Below are positions 1 to 9,123 of a stretch of DNA of 64,000 nucleotides, in pieces. Positions within the stretch are counted from its first letter, which is position 1, and every line of letters begins with the position of its first letter. The stretch is from NCBI GenBank assembly GCA_902585365.1, contig CACIDF010000001.1, positions 60,408-124,407 on the forward strand, in the 5' to 3' direction. The notes under the pieces are model-generated. The model did not search any database and was not told the DNA's origin. It saw nothing but the letters and a program-made list of their open reading frames with translations. A program made the translations under genes and the position numbers. Source of the DNA: an uncultured Pelagibacteraceae bacterium. Lineage in GTDB: Bacteria > Pseudomonadota > Alphaproteobacteria > Pelagibacterales > Pelagibacteraceae.

Positions 1-994
1 CCATGTTAGTCTTACCATCTTTATACCATGGCTCACCTGCTGCCATAACTTTAAGTGATGATTTTCTCCAAGGTGCATATGCAATATATTTTGCACTTCC
101 TGCTAAACCTTCTGTACTTGTCATCATCGCTAGTGCTTTTTTAGCATCAGCTTCGTTTGGTCCACCCTTAACTAGTACGAAATATTCGTAGTCAAGACCT
201 TGACCATCCCAAACTTGTTTGATTGGAGCGCCTTCACCGATTTCTGCGTTGAAGAATCTACCATTCCAACCAGTTGCCATAACAACTTCACCAGATACTA
301 ATAGTTCTGGTGGTTGAGCACCTGCTGACCAAAATACACATCCACCGTTAGGGTCTGTGCAAAGTTCTTTGATCTTGTTCATTGCTCTGTTTACACCTTT
401 TTCAGTTTCAAGAGCTTTGTAGATTTTTGCTCCACCTTTTCCTGGCTTAATACCATCTGCTGCTAAAGCAATCTCTAAGTTTGTTAGAGCGCTTTTATAG
501 ATAGCTCTTTTTCCAGGGAATTTCTTTGTATTAAAGAAATCTTTTATAGTCTTCGGTGTGCCTTTAACATTGTTCGTGTTGTAAGCATAGTTCCAAGAAT
601 ATAAAATGTTTCCTACAGCACACTTACTTGGCATAGGAGCGAAGAAATCTTTACTCGCTGCAGTACCATCTGGTGCTGGCGGGAAGTCTTTGTCGAAATC
701 AAATTCTACAAATAAACCTTCGTCACATCCAGTGATAGTGTCCATAGCAAATACGTCAATAATATCCCACGTGATTTTGCCTGCCTCTTTTTGTGCTTTA
801 ATCTCTGATAATCCACCTGAGTAGTCGACCCAATTGATCGGTACACCAAGTTTCTTAGCAGTAGGGTCACCATATCCTAACTTTTGTGACTCTGTATATG
901 CTCCACCCCAAGATGCAACAGTAACTGCAAATGCGGATGAGCTTATAGAAAGTGCAAAAGATAGAACTAGTAACAATTTACTTAGTTTTTTCAT
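1..994 (-). CDS. ABC transporter substrate-binding protein, PotD/PotF-like family; 3' end runs off the window
   Basis: Not in the ORF track. Read by hand on the minus strand from ATG at 994 with GGAGG RBS just upstream: MKKLSKLLLVLSFALSISSSAFA-VTVASWGGAYTESQ...WDIID...KKFPGKRA...GEVVMATGWNGRF. Signal peptide present; lies downstream of a PotA-like ATPase. Confidence 0.88.
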   Translation of the reverse strand, partial: MKKLSKLLLVLSFALSISSSAFAVTVASWGGAYTESQKLGYGDPTAKKLGVPINWVDYSGGLSEIKAQKEAGKITWDIIDVFAMDTITGCDEGLFVEFDFDKDFPPAPDGTAASKDFFAPMPSKCAVGNILYSWNYAYNTNNVKGTPKTIKDFFNTKKFPGKRAIYKSALTNLEIALAADGIKPGKGGAKIYKALETEKGVNRAMNKIKELCTDPNGGCVFWSAGAQPPELLVSGEVVMATGWNGRFFNAEIGEGAPIKQVWDGQGLDYEYFVLVKGGPNEADAKKALAMMTSTEGLAGSAKYIAYAPWRKSSLKVMAAGEPWYKDGKTNM

Positions 995-1115
995 TATTCC
1001 TCCGTTTAAACGTTTTATAAAAGCTAATTACAGCAATATATGAGTAAGGAGTCAACAGGGCATTTGACTAAAATAAGCCCAATTTTATTAAGATAAATTT
1101 ATTTAAACCTGAGGT

Positions 1116-2204
1116 TTATTTTGGGTCTAAGGCTCTCGCATCATGACTATTCCAACTAACATTTATTTCATTACCCATTTTTATATCCATGTTAGCGGAA
1201 CTATTTGGGACTTTTAAAATGAATTCTTTATTCCCTAATAGATCTATTCTAACTCTAGTGTGATCTCCATGATATATAATTTCTTCAATTTTACCTTTAA
1301 AATTATTATCCATTTTATTTTTTGTATTAATAAGAGCTCTTTCTGGTCTTAATGACACAGTAGTTCTGTCACCATTTGAATTTACAGAAATCGGATTGGC
1401 AATTATTTCTGATCCATTTGATAGTTTTACTTTACATTGATCCTTTTGAAAGTTTGTAACCTCGCCCGCAAAAGTATTATTTTCTCCAATGAACTCTGCT
1501 ACGAAAGAATTAACAGGCTCCTCATATAACTTATCTGGAGAAGAGAGTTGTTGAACTTTTCCATCATTAAATACGGCAATTCGATTGGACATTGTAAGAG
1601 CCTCACTTTGATCATGTGTAACGTAAACAACAGTTACACCAATGCTTTCATGGATATGTTTAATTTCATATTGCATACTTTCTCTAAGATTTTTATCTAA
1701 GGCTCCTAAGGGCTCGTCCATTAAAACTACCTGAGGATCAAACACTAAAGCTCTAGCAACGGCTACCCGTTGTTGTTGTCCACCAGATAATTGTCCTGGC
1801 ATTCTATTTTCAAAACCAGATAATGATACCATAGATAATGCCTTATCAACTTTCTTATCTATATCATCTTTATTTATTTTTCTTACCTTAAGAGGAAAGG
1901 CTAAGTTTTCATAAACAGTCATGTGCGGGAACAATGCATAATTTTGAAAAACCATTCCAATACCTCTTTTATGAGGTGGTATGTTTGATATAGGATTTTT
2001 ATCTAAAAAAATTTCTCCATTTGTTGGTGTTTCAAAACCGGCTAACATCATTAAACAAGTAGTCTTACCTGAACCTGATGGTCCAAGCATGGTAATAAAT
2101 TCTCCTTCGGCAATATCTAGATTTAAATCTTTTACAACTAGGACCTTGCCATCATAACTTTTGTCTACTTTATCAAATTTTACAAATTCTTGGTTCTTTG
2201 ACAT
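1116..2204 (-). CDS. potA: ABC transporter ATP-binding protein, PotA-like
   Basis: Walker A GPSGSGKT, signature LSGGQQQ, Walker B VLMDEP, C-terminal TOBE-like region. Confidence 0.88.
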   Translation of the reverse strand: MSKNQEFVKFDKVDKSYDGKVLVVKDLNLDIAEGEFITMLGPSGSGKTTCLMMLAGFETPTNGEIFLDKNPISNIPPHKRGIGMVFQNYALFPHMTVYENLAFPLKVRKINKDDIDKKVDKALSMVSLSGFENRMPGQLSGGQQQRVAVARALVFDPQVVLMDEPLGALDKNLRESMQYEIKHIHESIGVTVVYVTHDQSEALTMSNRIAVFNDGKVQQLSSPDKLYEEPVNSFVAEFIGENNTFAGEVTNFQKDQCKVKLSNGSEIIANPISVNSNGDRTTVSLRPERALINTKNKMDNNFKGKIEEIIYHGDHTRVRIDLLGNKEFILKVPNSSANMDIKMGNEINVSWNSHDARALDPK

Positions 2205-2246
2205 TGGATAAGGTTTAAAACATTTGTGGGCTAATATTTCAAGTTT

Positions 2247-3413
2247 TTATTTCACGTGTAAATCTCTTGAAAAGTTGCATAATAACTCGTTTCCCTCTTC
2301 TGTAATCCTTATAGACTCAGATGCTTCAACTCCCCATTCACCAAATTGCATCACAGCTATCATATGATAACAAACATTTGGTTTTAAAATTGTCATATCA
2401 CCTTTAGAAATATTAAGAGTATGTTCTCCCCAATCTGGTGGATAGCCTATTCCGATTGAATAACCAGTTCTAGATTCTTTTTTAATTTTGTATTTATCTA
2501 ATATTGCCCAAAATTTTTCAGCAACATCATTTGCGGTATTTCCAGGTTTACTTGCTTCTATCCCAGCTTCTAAAGCCTCATTTGTAGCATTCATCGCGTC
2601 AATTTTTTTTTGTTCTGGTTTACCAAGGTTTACAGTTCTTGCCATTGGAGCATGATATCTCTTGTAAGTACCAGATAATTCTACAACGGTGGCTTCTCCT
2701 GTAACAAACTTTTCATCACTTGCTGTGAGATGAGATGCAGACGTTCCTTTGCCAGTGGGCAAAAGAGTAGCGATACTTGCATATTCACCACCAAAATTAT
2801 TTGTTCCTTTAAATAATGTTTTTTGAATTTCAGCAACAGCATCACATTGTCTTATACCTGGGTTAATTATATCCATCGCTGTCTTCATTGCATTTTCTGA
2901 GATAACTGCAGCCTTTTTCATAAAATCTATCTCAGCATTCGATTTTACTACTCTTACCCAATTTACTAATCTTTCTGAGTCTTTTATTGTGGCGTTTGGC
3001 AATCCCTGTTTGAGCTTTTCATAGCAGTATGCTGTAAAATAATGCGCGTCCATCTCTACACCAATTTGTAGCTTATCCCATTTATTTTTTTTTAATAAAT
3101 TCACTAATGCATCGTATGGGTGAGAAGGCCAAGTATGAATATACTTCTCATCGTAAATTACTATATTCTCTTTTTTAAGATATGTTTTTATAAATGCTCC
3201 ACCTGCATCTTGAGCTCTTATAAAACAAATAGGCTCATCTGAATTAATATGCACAATTACACATTGAGCATAATAAAATGACCATGCATCATAACCAGTT
3301 AAATAATTTATATTTGCAGTGTCTTGGGATATTAAAAGTTCAATACCTTTTTTTTGCATTGATAATTGAACTTTTTTTAGTCGATCTTTGTACTCATTTT
3401 TAGAAAAGTTCAT
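2247..3413 (-). CDS. doeA: M24-family hydrolase, ectoine hydrolase DoeA/EutD-like
   Basis: Creatinase N-domain (NYLTGYDAWSFY) plus M24 fold with RTGYSIGIGYPPDWGEHT, typical of DoeA/EutD; adjacent to an EutA-like gene. Confidence 0.72.
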   Translation of the reverse strand: MNFSKNEYKDRLKKVQLSMQKKGIELLISQDTANINYLTGYDAWSFYYAQCVIVHINSDEPICFIRAQDAGGAFIKTYLKKENIVIYDEKYIHTWPSHPYDALVNLLKKNKWDKLQIGVEMDAHYFTAYCYEKLKQGLPNATIKDSERLVNWVRVVKSNAEIDFMKKAAVISENAMKTAMDIINPGIRQCDAVAEIQKTLFKGTNNFGGEYASIATLLPTGKGTSASHLTASDEKFVTGEATVVELSGTYKRYHAPMARTVNLGKPEQKKIDAMNATNEALEAGIEASKPGNTANDVAEKFWAILDKYKIKKESRTGYSIGIGYPPDWGEHTLNISKGDMTILKPNVCYHMIAVMQFGEWGVEASESIRITEEGNELLCNFSRDLHVK

Positions 3414-3421
3414 ATTTTATA

Positions 3422-4162
3422 TTAAGAAAATAAACTTCCGTATCCTTTAATAGAATTGTTTTTATTTATATTTTCTAAAGTTTCCCAAATTAATGCTTGA
3501 TTACTAGACAAAACAGTCATACTTAATTTTTTTTCTAATTTTTCAATTATATTTAACACTGGTAATGAGGTGCAAGATACAAACAAAGCCTCAGCATCTT
3601 TATGATCTATTTTAGATAAAATTTCAAACAATTGATCCTGATCTACTTTTCCAATATCAACGTCAGACTCAATATCAAAATAGGTGTTTGAAGAAATTTT
3701 AAAATGATTTTTCTTAAAAAAATTAACAACATCATCATTTACACTTTTTATATAAGGGGTTACTATTGAAATCTTTTTAATATTTTTTTTCTTTAAAGCA
3801 TTTAATGCTGCTGTACTTGGAGCAGTTACCAAGGCATCTGGTTTTGCAATATTAATCTTTTTTTTAATACTATCATAGCCCGAAACTATTGTTCCCGATG
3901 TGCAGCCATAAACAACACAATCAATTTTCTCTCCAGGGAGAATATTTTCAGTAACAGATGTAATATTATTTGTCATTTTTTTAAGATTGTCAGCAGTGAC
4001 AGGATTGTAATTAGTTATTCTATTTACAAATAGATCAGCGGATATACTGCTAAAAACTTTTAAAAAATCTTTTTCGATCATCACATCTGTTGCTAATACA
4101 ATTAGACCTACTCTTGGATTTGTTTTTTTTATAAATTTGGGTTTAATTTTTTTTGAATCCAT
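3422..4162 (-). CDS. Asp/Glu racemase / maleate isomerase family protein, EutA-like
   Basis: VGLIVLATD, YGCTSG, VTPY, FVSCTSL (two catalytic Cys), SSNQA motifs. Confidence 0.8.
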   Translation of the reverse strand: MDSKKIKPKFIKKTNPRVGLIVLATDVMIEKDFLKVFSSISADLFVNRITNYNPVTADNLKKMTNNITSVTENILPGEKIDCVVYGCTSGTIVSGYDSIKKKINIAKPDALVTAPSTAALNALKKKNIKKISIVTPYIKSVNDDVVNFFKKNHFKISSNTYFDIESDVDIGKVDQDQLFEILSKIDHKDAEALFVSCTSLPVLNIIEKLEKKLSMTVLSSNQALIWETLENINKNNSIKGYGSLFS

Positions 4163-4199
4163 ATTAATAAGTTATATTATATTTAAAGATACCAATTTT

Positions 4200-5414
4200 A
4201 TGACTATGTTAACAGACAAAATTAATACCACTTTTAACAAATTTTTTATTTACTTATTTATTTATATTTTGTTATTTGTGCCAAATTGTTTTGCTGAGAA
4301 AAAAAAAGAAATCAAAGTAGGAATTTTATTAGGTTTCACAGGCGCAGTTGAAAGCTTAACACCATCGATGGCTGACTCAGCTGAATTAGCTTTTAATGAG
4401 ATAAAAAATAACGAATTAACTTTTAAAATATTAAGATCTGATACAGCTTGTAATAATATGAATTTAGCAAAAAATGCCACCAACAAACTTGTTAACGACG
4501 GTGTTAGTGCCATTATTGGTGCTGCCTGTCCAAATATTACTAGAGAAATTGCAAATGAAATTTCAATTCCTAAAGAAATATTAACAATAACACCAGCTGA
4601 TAATTCTAATGAATTAACAAATTTAAAGGATAACGGTTATGTATTTAGAACAACGCCGTCAAAAATAAGAGGAAGTCAAATATTAGCCGATATTACAAAT
4701 GACCGTGGAATAAAAAAATTAGCTATCTCTTACAGTAATGATGAAGACTATAAAAGGTTTGCAATGGCCTATAAAGATGCGCTAGATGAAAACAATATAA
4801 AAATATCAACTATGTTATCACACAATAAAAATACCAATGACTACTCAAAACACATATCTACTTTAGGTGCTGCTGGAGGAGACGCTTTAGCTATAATAAG
4901 TGATACAGATTTAGGGGGCGATCAAGTTATTAAATCTATGTTAGATACAGGAATGTTTAATGTATTTATCCTCTCAGAAAATATGATAAATGAGAAAACA
5001 ATAAACAATTTTAAAGAAAAAAATTTAAAAAGATCATTTGGATACGTTTTAGGGCTCTCAAATTTAGGCTCAGAAAAATTTATAAATCTTGCTCAAAAAT
5101 CAGGAATAGATCCGTTTAGTCCATATACTAGTGAGTCTTATGATGCTGCAGCAGTTATAATATTATCAAATTTTGCAAAAATTTATTCAGAGATAAAATC
5201 TATAAATGATATTATTTATCTTATATCTAATAAACCTGGAATTAAAATTTATCCTGGTGAAATAAATAAAGCTATAAATTTTATTAAAGAAGGTAAATTA
5301 ATTAACTATGAGGGTGCGACAGGTGTAGAATTTGATAAATTTGGTGACACATTTGGATCATTTGTAGAAGTTGACTTAAAAAAAGGGAAATTAAAAAGTA
5401 AAAAAATAAGATAA
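4200..5414 (+). CDS. Orphan LivK/LivJ-type (periplasmic binding protein type 1) ABC substrate-binding protein, divergent
   Basis: Hydrophobic signal, IKVGILLGFTG, D-T-A-C, GYVFRT-P, YDAAA, YEGATG-V-FD motifs. Start moved from 4137 to ATG 4200 to avoid overlap with the divergent gene. Confidence 0.8.
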   Translation: MTMLTDKINTTFNKFFIYLFIYILLFVPNCFAEKKKEIKVGILLGFTGAVESLTPSMADSAELAFNEIKNNELTFKILRSDTACNNMNLAKNATNKLVNDGVSAIIGAACPNITREIANEISIPKEILTITPADNSNELTNLKDNGYVFRTTPSKIRGSQILADITNDRGIKKLAISYSNDEDYKRFAMAYKDALDENNIKISTMLSHNKNTNDYSKHISTLGAAGGDALAIISDTDLGGDQVIKSMLDTGMFNVFILSENMINEKTINNFKEKNLKRSFGYVLGLSNLGSEKFINLAQKSGIDPFSPYTSESYDAAAVIILSNFAKIYSEIKSINDIIYLISNKPGIKIYPGEINKAINFIKEGKLINYEGATGVEFDKFGDTFGSFVEVDLKKGKLKSKKIR

Positions 5415-5417
5415 ATA

Positions 5418-6194
5418 TTAATAGCTAAATTTACTCGAGGGATACTTTTTGTTTTTTACTTCTTTGATAAATTTTTTTACAGCTGACTTAATATGTTTTC
5501 TAATATTGCTAAAACTTTTCACGAATTTAATAGATGTTAAATTTAAACCTATTAAATCATCAGTAACTAAAACTTGACCATCACAATTAACAGAGGAGCC
5601 AATTCCAATGGTAGGGATTTTTAACTCTTTAGTAATTCTTTTCGCTAAATTTGTTTCAATACACTCAAGCACAATTGAAAATACACCACTTTTTTGAAGT
5701 AAGAGTGCTTCATTAATCAATTTTTTTCTCTCAGAAATAGTTTTACCTTTATATCTGAATTTGCCTCTATGGCTTTGGGGTAAAATTCCTAAATGCCCCA
5801 TAACATTTATTTTGTTTTTTCTAAGATGATCAATAATTTTTATTATTTTTTTTCCTCCCTCAACCTTAATAGCATCTGCTCGTGAGTACTTGATTATTTT
5901 TTTTGCGTTTTTTAGCGCTTCCGATTTATTTCGATAAGTGTTATATGGCATATCTACAACCATCAAACTTTTTTTGATACCTTGTCTGACACTTTTTGAA
6001 TGTTCTATCATCATGTTTAAATTTACTTTTTTGGTTGTGTCAAAAGAGTACAAAACAGAACCTAAAGAGTCCCCTACTAAAATTATATCAGTAAATTTAT
6101 CTAAAATTTCTGAAAAATTTTTAGAATATGAAGTTAAACAAATTATTTTGTTTTTATTTTTTTTTTTTAATATTTGTTTGATTTTTAAATTCAT
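5418..6194 (-). CDS. panB: 3-methyl-2-oxobutanoate hydroxymethyltransferase
   Basis: LVGDSLG, VDMPY, AIKVEGG, GHLGILPQ, IPTIGIG, DGQVLV motifs. Confidence 0.93.
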   Translation of the reverse strand: MNLKIKQILKKKNKNKIICLTSYSKNFSEILDKFTDIILVGDSLGSVLYSFDTTKKVNLNMMIEHSKSVRQGIKKSLMVVDMPYNTYRNKSEALKNAKKIIKYSRADAIKVEGGKKIIKIIDHLRKNKINVMGHLGILPQSHRGKFRYKGKTISERKKLINEALLLQKSGVFSIVLECIETNLAKRITKELKIPTIGIGSSVNCDGQVLVTDDLIGLNLTSIKFVKSFSNIRKHIKSAVKKFIKEVKNKKYPSSKFSY

Positions 6195-7138
6195 ATAATT
6201 CTATTAAGAATATTGTTAGTTTCCATAGTATATAATTTATACAAATTTTCAGCATCCTTGAGCTTAATTTCCTTAAATTTTATTTTTGAACCAGGTGTAA
6301 TTTGAACAATTTTATCGTAATCAGCACTTATTACTACTCCTATTTTAGGATAACCTCCAATAGTCCCGTGATCAGATAATAAAATAATAGGCTGTCCATC
6401 AGCTGGCACTTGTATAGTGCCCTTTATTAAACCTTCAGATTTAATGTTTGTGCTTTTAATGTTATTTAACTTATTTCCCTCTAGTCTCATACCCATTCTA
6501 TCTGTAAGCTTTGTTACTGTGTAATATTTTGAAAAAAAGTCTTTTATTGATTGCTCGGAAAAAAAATCAAAATTTGTTCCTTTAATTACTCTTATAAATT
6601 CAATCTTTGAGTCTAAAAAATTTAGTTTTCTATGTGGGGAATTGCTTGGGTCATTAAGTAAAATCTTTTGACCGTCTATTAATTTATTGCCATTATTAGG
6701 TCCAACTTTTGCTCTTACTGTAGTTGAAAAACTATCCCAAACTTTATCCAATTTAAAACCACCATTTATACAAAAGTAACCATAGACTGACTTATTTGTA
6801 GATATGATATCTATAATATCGCCGTTATCTATTTTAATTGTTTTATAACACTCGCCATTCTCTTGAGAGTTATTATCTTTATATATTTTGAAATTAACAC
6901 TGCCAGTAATAACAATGTTTCTTGGTAGTCCAAAATATTTTAGGGATGGTCCTTGAAATGCAAATTCAATAGCTGCATCATTTTTATTATTATTAATAAG
7001 TTTATTAGCAATTAAATAATTTCTTTTATCCATTGATCCACTAAACGGTAAACCAATATGGTAAAGATTTTTTCTTCCATGGTCTTGAAAAGTTGAATTT
7101 AATCCTGCTCTTATTACTTTAAAATAATCATTTTTCAT
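6191..7138 (-). CDS. pxpC: 5-oxoprolinase subunit C (KipA/AHS2 family)
   Basis: TFQDHGR, DRMGMRL, GTIQVPADGQPIILL, TIGGYPKIG motifs; coupled to pxpB. Confidence 0.88.
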   Translation of the reverse strand: MKNDYFKVIRAGLNSTFQDHGRKNLYHIGLPFSGSMDKRNYLIANKLINNNKNDAAIEFAFQGPSLKYFGLPRNIVITGSVNFKIYKDNNSQENGECYKTIKIDNGDIIDIISTNKSVYGYFCINGGFKLDKVWDSFSTTVRAKVGPNNGNKLIDGQKILLNDPSNSPHRKLNFLDSKIEFIRVIKGTNFDFFSEQSIKDFFSKYYTVTKLTDRMGMRLEGNKLNNIKSTNIKSEGLIKGTIQVPADGQPIILLSDHGTIGGYPKIGVVISADYDKIVQITPGSKIKFKEIKLKDAENLYKLYTMETNNILNRII

Positions 7139-7805
7139 AAAATTTTTCGTATTCCTTTTTTTTAATTTCGTAGAATGTTACCTGATCGCCGGGGCTAATT
7201 AAATTTGGTTTTTTCACATTTGTAGAATTAAAAATTTCTAATGGAGTTTTACCAATTATGTTCCAGCCCCCTGGGCTTTCAAAAGTATAAATATTGCAAA
7301 ATTGACCTGTCAATCCAACTGAGCCTTTTGGAACTTTTACTCTTGGAGTTTCCAATCTATCTAATTGAATTTTTTCGTCTATATCCCCCAGAAATGGCAT
7401 GCCAGCAATAAATCCTGTCATATAACAAAAATAATTTTTATTTAAAAATAAATTTATTATTTCACTTTTAGATTTTTGAAATTTTTCCTCAATCCTTTCT
7501 ATATCTATTGAAAATTCATCATCACAACATATTGGAATATTAATTTTTTGAAACCGGTTTTCAATTTTCACATTTAATTTCAAATCTAATACTACTTTTT
7601 TTAAATCCTCATAATTAGTTTCATTTAGATCAAAAGAGATTATTAATTTATTATAAGAAGGCGATAAATTAGTAATACCTTTTATATTTTTTTCTTTTAA
7701 TGCCATAAAATATTTAATAACTTTTGAATTTATTTCTTTATTAACATCGCTTCCAAAATCACAATAGATTGCTGCGTCACCAAGATTGACTATATTTTTA
7801 ATCAT
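7128..7805 (-). CDS. pxpB: 5-oxoprolinase subunit B (KipI/AHS1 family)
   Basis: LGDAA, GFIAGMPFLG, TPRVKVPKGSVG, IYTFESPGGWNIIGKTP motifs. Confidence 0.9.
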   Translation of the reverse strand: MIKNIVNLGDAAIYCDFGSDVNKEINSKVIKYFMALKEKNIKGITNLSPSYNKLIISFDLNETNYEDLKKVVLDLKLNVKIENRFQKINIPICCDDEFSIDIERIEEKFQKSKSEIINLFLNKNYFCYMTGFIAGMPFLGDIDEKIQLDRLETPRVKVPKGSVGLTGQFCNIYTFESPGGWNIIGKTPLEIFNSTNVKKPNLISPGDQVTFYEIKKKEYEKFYEK

Positions 7806-7832
7806 ACAATGTTATACTTCATGATAAATTTT

Positions 7833-8606
7833 ATGGAAATTAATATTAATTGTGATTTAGGAGAGAAATCTGTACATCATTCTACCAAGCATGATCCAGA
7901 TCTACTTAAGATTGTTAACTCAGCTAATATTGCTTGTGGATTTCATGCTGGTGACGAACAAACTATGATAAATACGATAAAAATTTCTAAAAATAATAAC
8001 GTCAGTATTGGAGCACATCCCTCTTTTAATGATCCACAAAATTTTGGAAGAAAAAGACACCATTTGTCTGAGAAAGATTTAAAAAAACTTATAATTGACC
8101 AATATGAAGTATTGCAGAATTTAGCAATAAAACTCGGAACAAAAGTTACCCACATTAAACCTCATGGTGCTTTAAATAATATGGCATGTGAGGATTTGCA
8201 TTTATCAAAAATATTAGCTGAAACTATTTATAAGATTGATAAAAATCTCATTTATTTAGTACCAACTGGATCAAAAATGGAAATGGCTGCTAAAAAATTT
8301 GATATGAAAATAGCATGTGAAATATTTGCCGACAGAAATTATGAGGATGATGGAAACCTTGTTTCAAGAAATAAGGATAATGCTATTATAACAGATCCAG
8401 AGAAATGTAAAAAACACGTTCTCGATATGGTTGAAAATCAATCTATCAACTGCATGTCTGGTAAGAAAATAAAATGTGAAATAGACTCTGTTTGTATCCA
8501 TGGGGATAATGTAGAATCTTTAGAAACTGCTAAACAAATAAAAAAAGTTCTTGAAGAAAATAGTATTTACCTTAAATCATTGACTAATTTAAAAAAGTTT
8601 ATTTAA
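7833..8606 (+). CDS. pxpA: 5-oxoprolinase subunit A (LamB/YcsF family)
   Basis: INCDLGE, SANIACGFHAGD, IGAHPS, HIKPHGALNN, EIFADRNY, CIHGD motifs; start placed at ATG 7833. Confidence 0.92.
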   Translation: MEININCDLGEKSVHHSTKHDPDLLKIVNSANIACGFHAGDEQTMINTIKISKNNNVSIGAHPSFNDPQNFGRKRHHLSEKDLKKLIIDQYEVLQNLAIKLGTKVTHIKPHGALNNMACEDLHLSKILAETIYKIDKNLIYLVPTGSKMEMAAKKFDMKIACEIFADRNYEDDGNLVSRNKDNAIITDPEKCKKHVLDMVENQSINCMSGKKIKCEIDSVCIHGDNVESLETAKQIKKVLEENSIYLKSLTNLKKFI

Positions 8607-8610
8607 AATT

Positions 8611-9123
8611 ATGAAAAAAATAATATTAATAATATTTGTTACTCTTTATAGTACGCTAATATTTGCTGCAGGTCCCGCTCCTACAGATAATAAAATGAAA
8701 ACTACTGCAAGCACGGGAGTTAAAGCTGCAACTAAATATGATATTGGAGCGAAATGGGTTTCTAAGGCAAAAAAATTCGAAAAGAAAAAAAAACCAACTA
8801 AAGCTGAAAATGCTTACAAAAAAGCGATCAAAAGTTTATTAGAGGCTAACTCGCAAGATCCAGGAAATCCAGACACGCTAAATCTTTTAGGTTTTTCTCA
8901 CAGAAAAATTGGTGACTACAATAATGCTGAAATTTATTACGCGATGGGATTAGAAATTGATCCAAAGCACATAGGTATTAATGAATATATGGGTGAACTT
9001 TTTGTAGCTACAAACAGAATAGATGAAGCAAAAAAAAGGTTGGCTGTTTTAGAAGGTTGTGATTGCAAAGAATACGATGAACTTAAACAAGTAATAGATG
9101 GAACTAAGCAGTCAAAATATTAG
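8611..9123 (+). CDS. Exported tetratricopeptide-repeat protein
   Basis: Signal peptide; TPR-like PDTLNLLGFSHRKIGDYNNAEIYYAMGLEIDPKH and NEYMGELF; C-terminal CDC. Confidence 0.75.
   Translation: MKKIILIIFVTLYSTLIFAAGPAPTDNKMKTTASTGVKAATKYDIGAKWVSKAKKFEKKKKPTKAENAYKKAIKSLLEANSQDPGNPDTLNLLGFSHRKIGDYNNAEIYYAMGLEIDPKHIGINEYMGELFVATNRIDEAKKRLAVLEGCDCKEYDELKQVIDGTKQSKY

Noticed and set aside
3-1043. Three short plus-strand ORFs (3-191, 606-824, 834-1043)
   Set aside because: They are antisense shadows of the minus-strand binding-protein gene at 1-994, which has an RBS, signal peptide and family motifs.
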